Position numbers and translations under genes: made by a program
Part shown: piece after piece, positions 45,946 to 47,159 of the stretch
How positions within the stretch are numbered: the stretch's first letter is position 1
Layout of the letters: every line of letters begins with the position of its first letter
Notes under the pieces: generated by a model
What the model saw: only the letters and a program-made list of their open reading frames with translations
The model's database searches: none
What the model was told of the DNA's origin: nothing
IMG/VR virus record: IMGVR_UViG_3300008097_000010
Span: 1-47,159 of that record
Direction: 5' to 3' (one strand)
Length of the DNA stretch: 47,159 bases
Origin: a virus
Lineage: Duplodnaviria > Caudoviricetes

Positions 45946-46004
45946 ATTATAGAAAGAAAGATCAACATTTAACTCTCCAGTATGCCAGTTTCTTAACTGG
46001 CACT
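45946..46004 (-). promoter_or_regulatory. Palindrome-linked promoter (copy J)
   Basis: Palindrome at 45981-46004, TATAAT at 45946-45951 (29 nt). Confidence 0.8.
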
Positions 46005-46047
46005 CTTTAAAGTCAATGTAACTTAGTATGTCAAATGTTATAATCAT

Positions 46048-46248
46048 TTAACTATACCAGTTAGAGTTGTAGTTGATCTCCTCATCTGTAGGAGAATAGT
46101 CTACAATGTCATGTAGGATCTCAAGCACTTCATCAAGTTGACTCATGTGAGTACCCATGATGTTTTGATCCATTTCATGCTTTGCCTCTTCAGCAAGGAA
46201 CTTCTCTTTAAGTTCTGAGAAGATTTTTTCAATGTCAGTATATGTCAT
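46048..46248 (-). CDS. Hypothetical acidic protein (66 aa)
   Basis: Operon packing. Confidence 0.78.
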   Translation of the reverse strand: MTYTDIEKIFSELKEKFLAEEAKHEMDQNIMGTHMSQLDEVLEILHDIVDYSPTDEEINYNSNWYS

Positions 46249-46250
46249 TG

Positions 46251-46439
46251 TTAGGGGAAAATTAAATTGTGAACTTGATCTATCACAGTATCATTGATCT
46301 CAATGTCCTGTGACTCTAAGTAATCAATACACATCTCAAAGTCAATAACAGGCATATCTTCATCAGATGTAACAACATAAGTGAGAAATGAATTAAGATC
46401 CATCAACTCGTCTTCTGTAAGTCCTGTAGTTGTGTTCAT
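46251..46439 (-). CDS. Hypothetical acidic protein (62 aa)
   Basis: Follows promoter copy K; LTEDE motif. Confidence 0.78.
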   Translation of the reverse strand: MNTTTGLTEDELMDLNSFLTYVVTSDEDMPVIDFEMCIDYLESQDIEINDTVIDQVHNLIFP

Positions 46440-46461
46440 GGTGTGAATTGCTTACATTGTT

Positions 46462-46520
46462 ATTATAGAGAGTCTAAGTCTCTTTTTACATGTTGATGTG
46501 ACACTTCTGGAACTGGCACA
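46462..46520 (-). promoter_or_regulatory. Palindrome-linked promoter (copy K) embedded in coding sequence
   Basis: TGTGACACTT-CTGG-AACTGGCACA at 46497-46520, TATAAT at 46462-46467 (29 nt). Confidence 0.78.
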
Positions 46521-46651
46521 AACTCTGTCATTTTTTTGAGTTTTGTGATAGCATTGTGGGCATCCTGTTCAGATTGTGGGTCAAAATCTAACCACATCTG
46601 TTCTAATGACCATACTACAAGATCATACTCATTTTCAGTTAATTTCATCAT
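46463..46651 (-). CDS. Hypothetical protein (62 aa)
   Basis: ATGA overlap; LTENE motif. Confidence 0.75.
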   Translation of the reverse strand: MMKLTENEYDLVVWSLEQMWLDFDPQSEQDAHNAITKLKKMTEFVPVPEVSHQHVKRDLDSL

Positions 46652-46905
46652 GGAATTAGATTACCCTCCTCATCATACCACTCATCAGTCACATTTTCAA
46701 GTTCTACTGGAGACTTCATTGTTGCTACCATACGATCAACACAGTCTTTGTAATCATTACCATCAATGATACATTGCTCTACTGCTACTGCATCCTCATC
46801 TACTATCTCAAAGTCAATAGCAAACTCAGTCACATTGTCCTGATACTCTGTGATCTTAATCGGACATTGATTTAACCACTCTTGAAACTCTTCATACTTG
46901 CTCAT
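46648..46905 (-). CDS. Hypothetical acidic protein (85 aa)
   Basis: FQEWLNQCP; ATGA overlaps. Confidence 0.8.
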   Translation of the reverse strand: MSKYEEFQEWLNQCPIKITEYQDNVTEFAIDFEIVDEDAVAVEQCIIDGNDYKDCVDRMVATMKSPVELENVTDEWYDEEGNLIP

Positions 46906-47048
46906 GCTGTTACCTCTTGCTCTTGGATTTTTTCAAATGATGTTTGGACTCTAAGATGACAGTCATCAATCATATCAATGTCTCTCAAGTGGTCATAGAG
47001 TTTAACCATGTGATAGACTTCATCGTTGGTTAGGTGAATTAATGGCAT
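46902..47048 (-). CDS. Small hypothetical protein (48 aa)
   Basis: Manual translation MPLIHLTNDEVYHMVKLYDHLRDIDMIDDCHLRVQTSFEKIQEQEVTA; coupled at both ends. Confidence 0.75.
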   Translation of the reverse strand: MPLIHLTNDEVYHMVKLYDHLRDIDMIDDCHLRVQTSFEKIQEQEVTA

Positions 47049-47159
47049 TAGAATCCTCCACTCATTCTAATCATTTGCTGATAGATCTTATGTGCTTCAT
47101 AATCTTCAATCTTCTCCTCTATTTCATTACCATCTTTATCATAATAACTGGTCAAATCA
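47048..47159 (-). CDS. 3' end of a hypothetical protein (partial)
   Basis: Open frame ...DLTSYYDKDGNEIEEKIEDYEAHKIYQQMIRMSGGF*, with TAATG overlap. Confidence 0.65.
   Translation of the reverse strand, partial: DLTSYYDKDGNEIEEKIEDYEAHKIYQQMIRMSGGF

Noticed and set aside
37933-46520. Palindromes as a CRISPR array, REP elements or integron attC sites
   Set aside because: Spacing is irregular with genes in between, there is no cas, integrase or transposase in the window, and the fixed distance to -10 boxes points to a promoter role.
34735-46769. Other plus-strand ORFs (34735, 35577, 35911, 39407, 41820, 42078, 42303, 42516, 43467, 46536)
   Set aside because: They are antisense to tightly packed minus-strand genes and have no independent support.

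Overview
A segment of a T4-like marine cyanomyovirus (Kyanoviridae-type; the AT-rich composition suggests a Prochlorococcus/Synechococcus host). Essentially all genes are on the minus strand. Positions 1-34.1 kb hold the late virion module, read right to left: gp25, gp6, a 4963-aa gp7-type wedge protein, gp8, a 2519-aa DUF4815/VrlC-like protein, a fibre module, gp13, gp14, gp15, gp16, two unknowns and the 5' part of gp17. It is punctuated by NATAAATA late promoters. Positions 34.1-37.7 kb hold sigma70-driven accessory genes: a GT-A-fold protein, three 2OG-Fe(II) oxygenases and an AbrB-like protein. Positions 37.7-47.2 kb are an early-type region of tiny ORFs and carry most of the unexplained structure. 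(i) There are eleven copies of a 24-bp palindrome (TGTGCCAGTT-N4-AAGTGGCACA); nine sit 29-31 bp from a -10 box and three serve promoters in both directions. (ii) Two homologous ~65-nt candidate non-coding RNAs fire from the reverse side of these palindromes. (iii) A two-domain structured RNA starts at a predicted TSS. (iv) A G-tract element is closed by a long-range stem. (v) A dense promoter/GATC/C-GAA-G hairpin cluster looks like an origin or an RNA-polymerase sink. The gp7 protein contains repeat domains nested inside one another. Protein assignments come from motif recognition and synteny; no searches were run.
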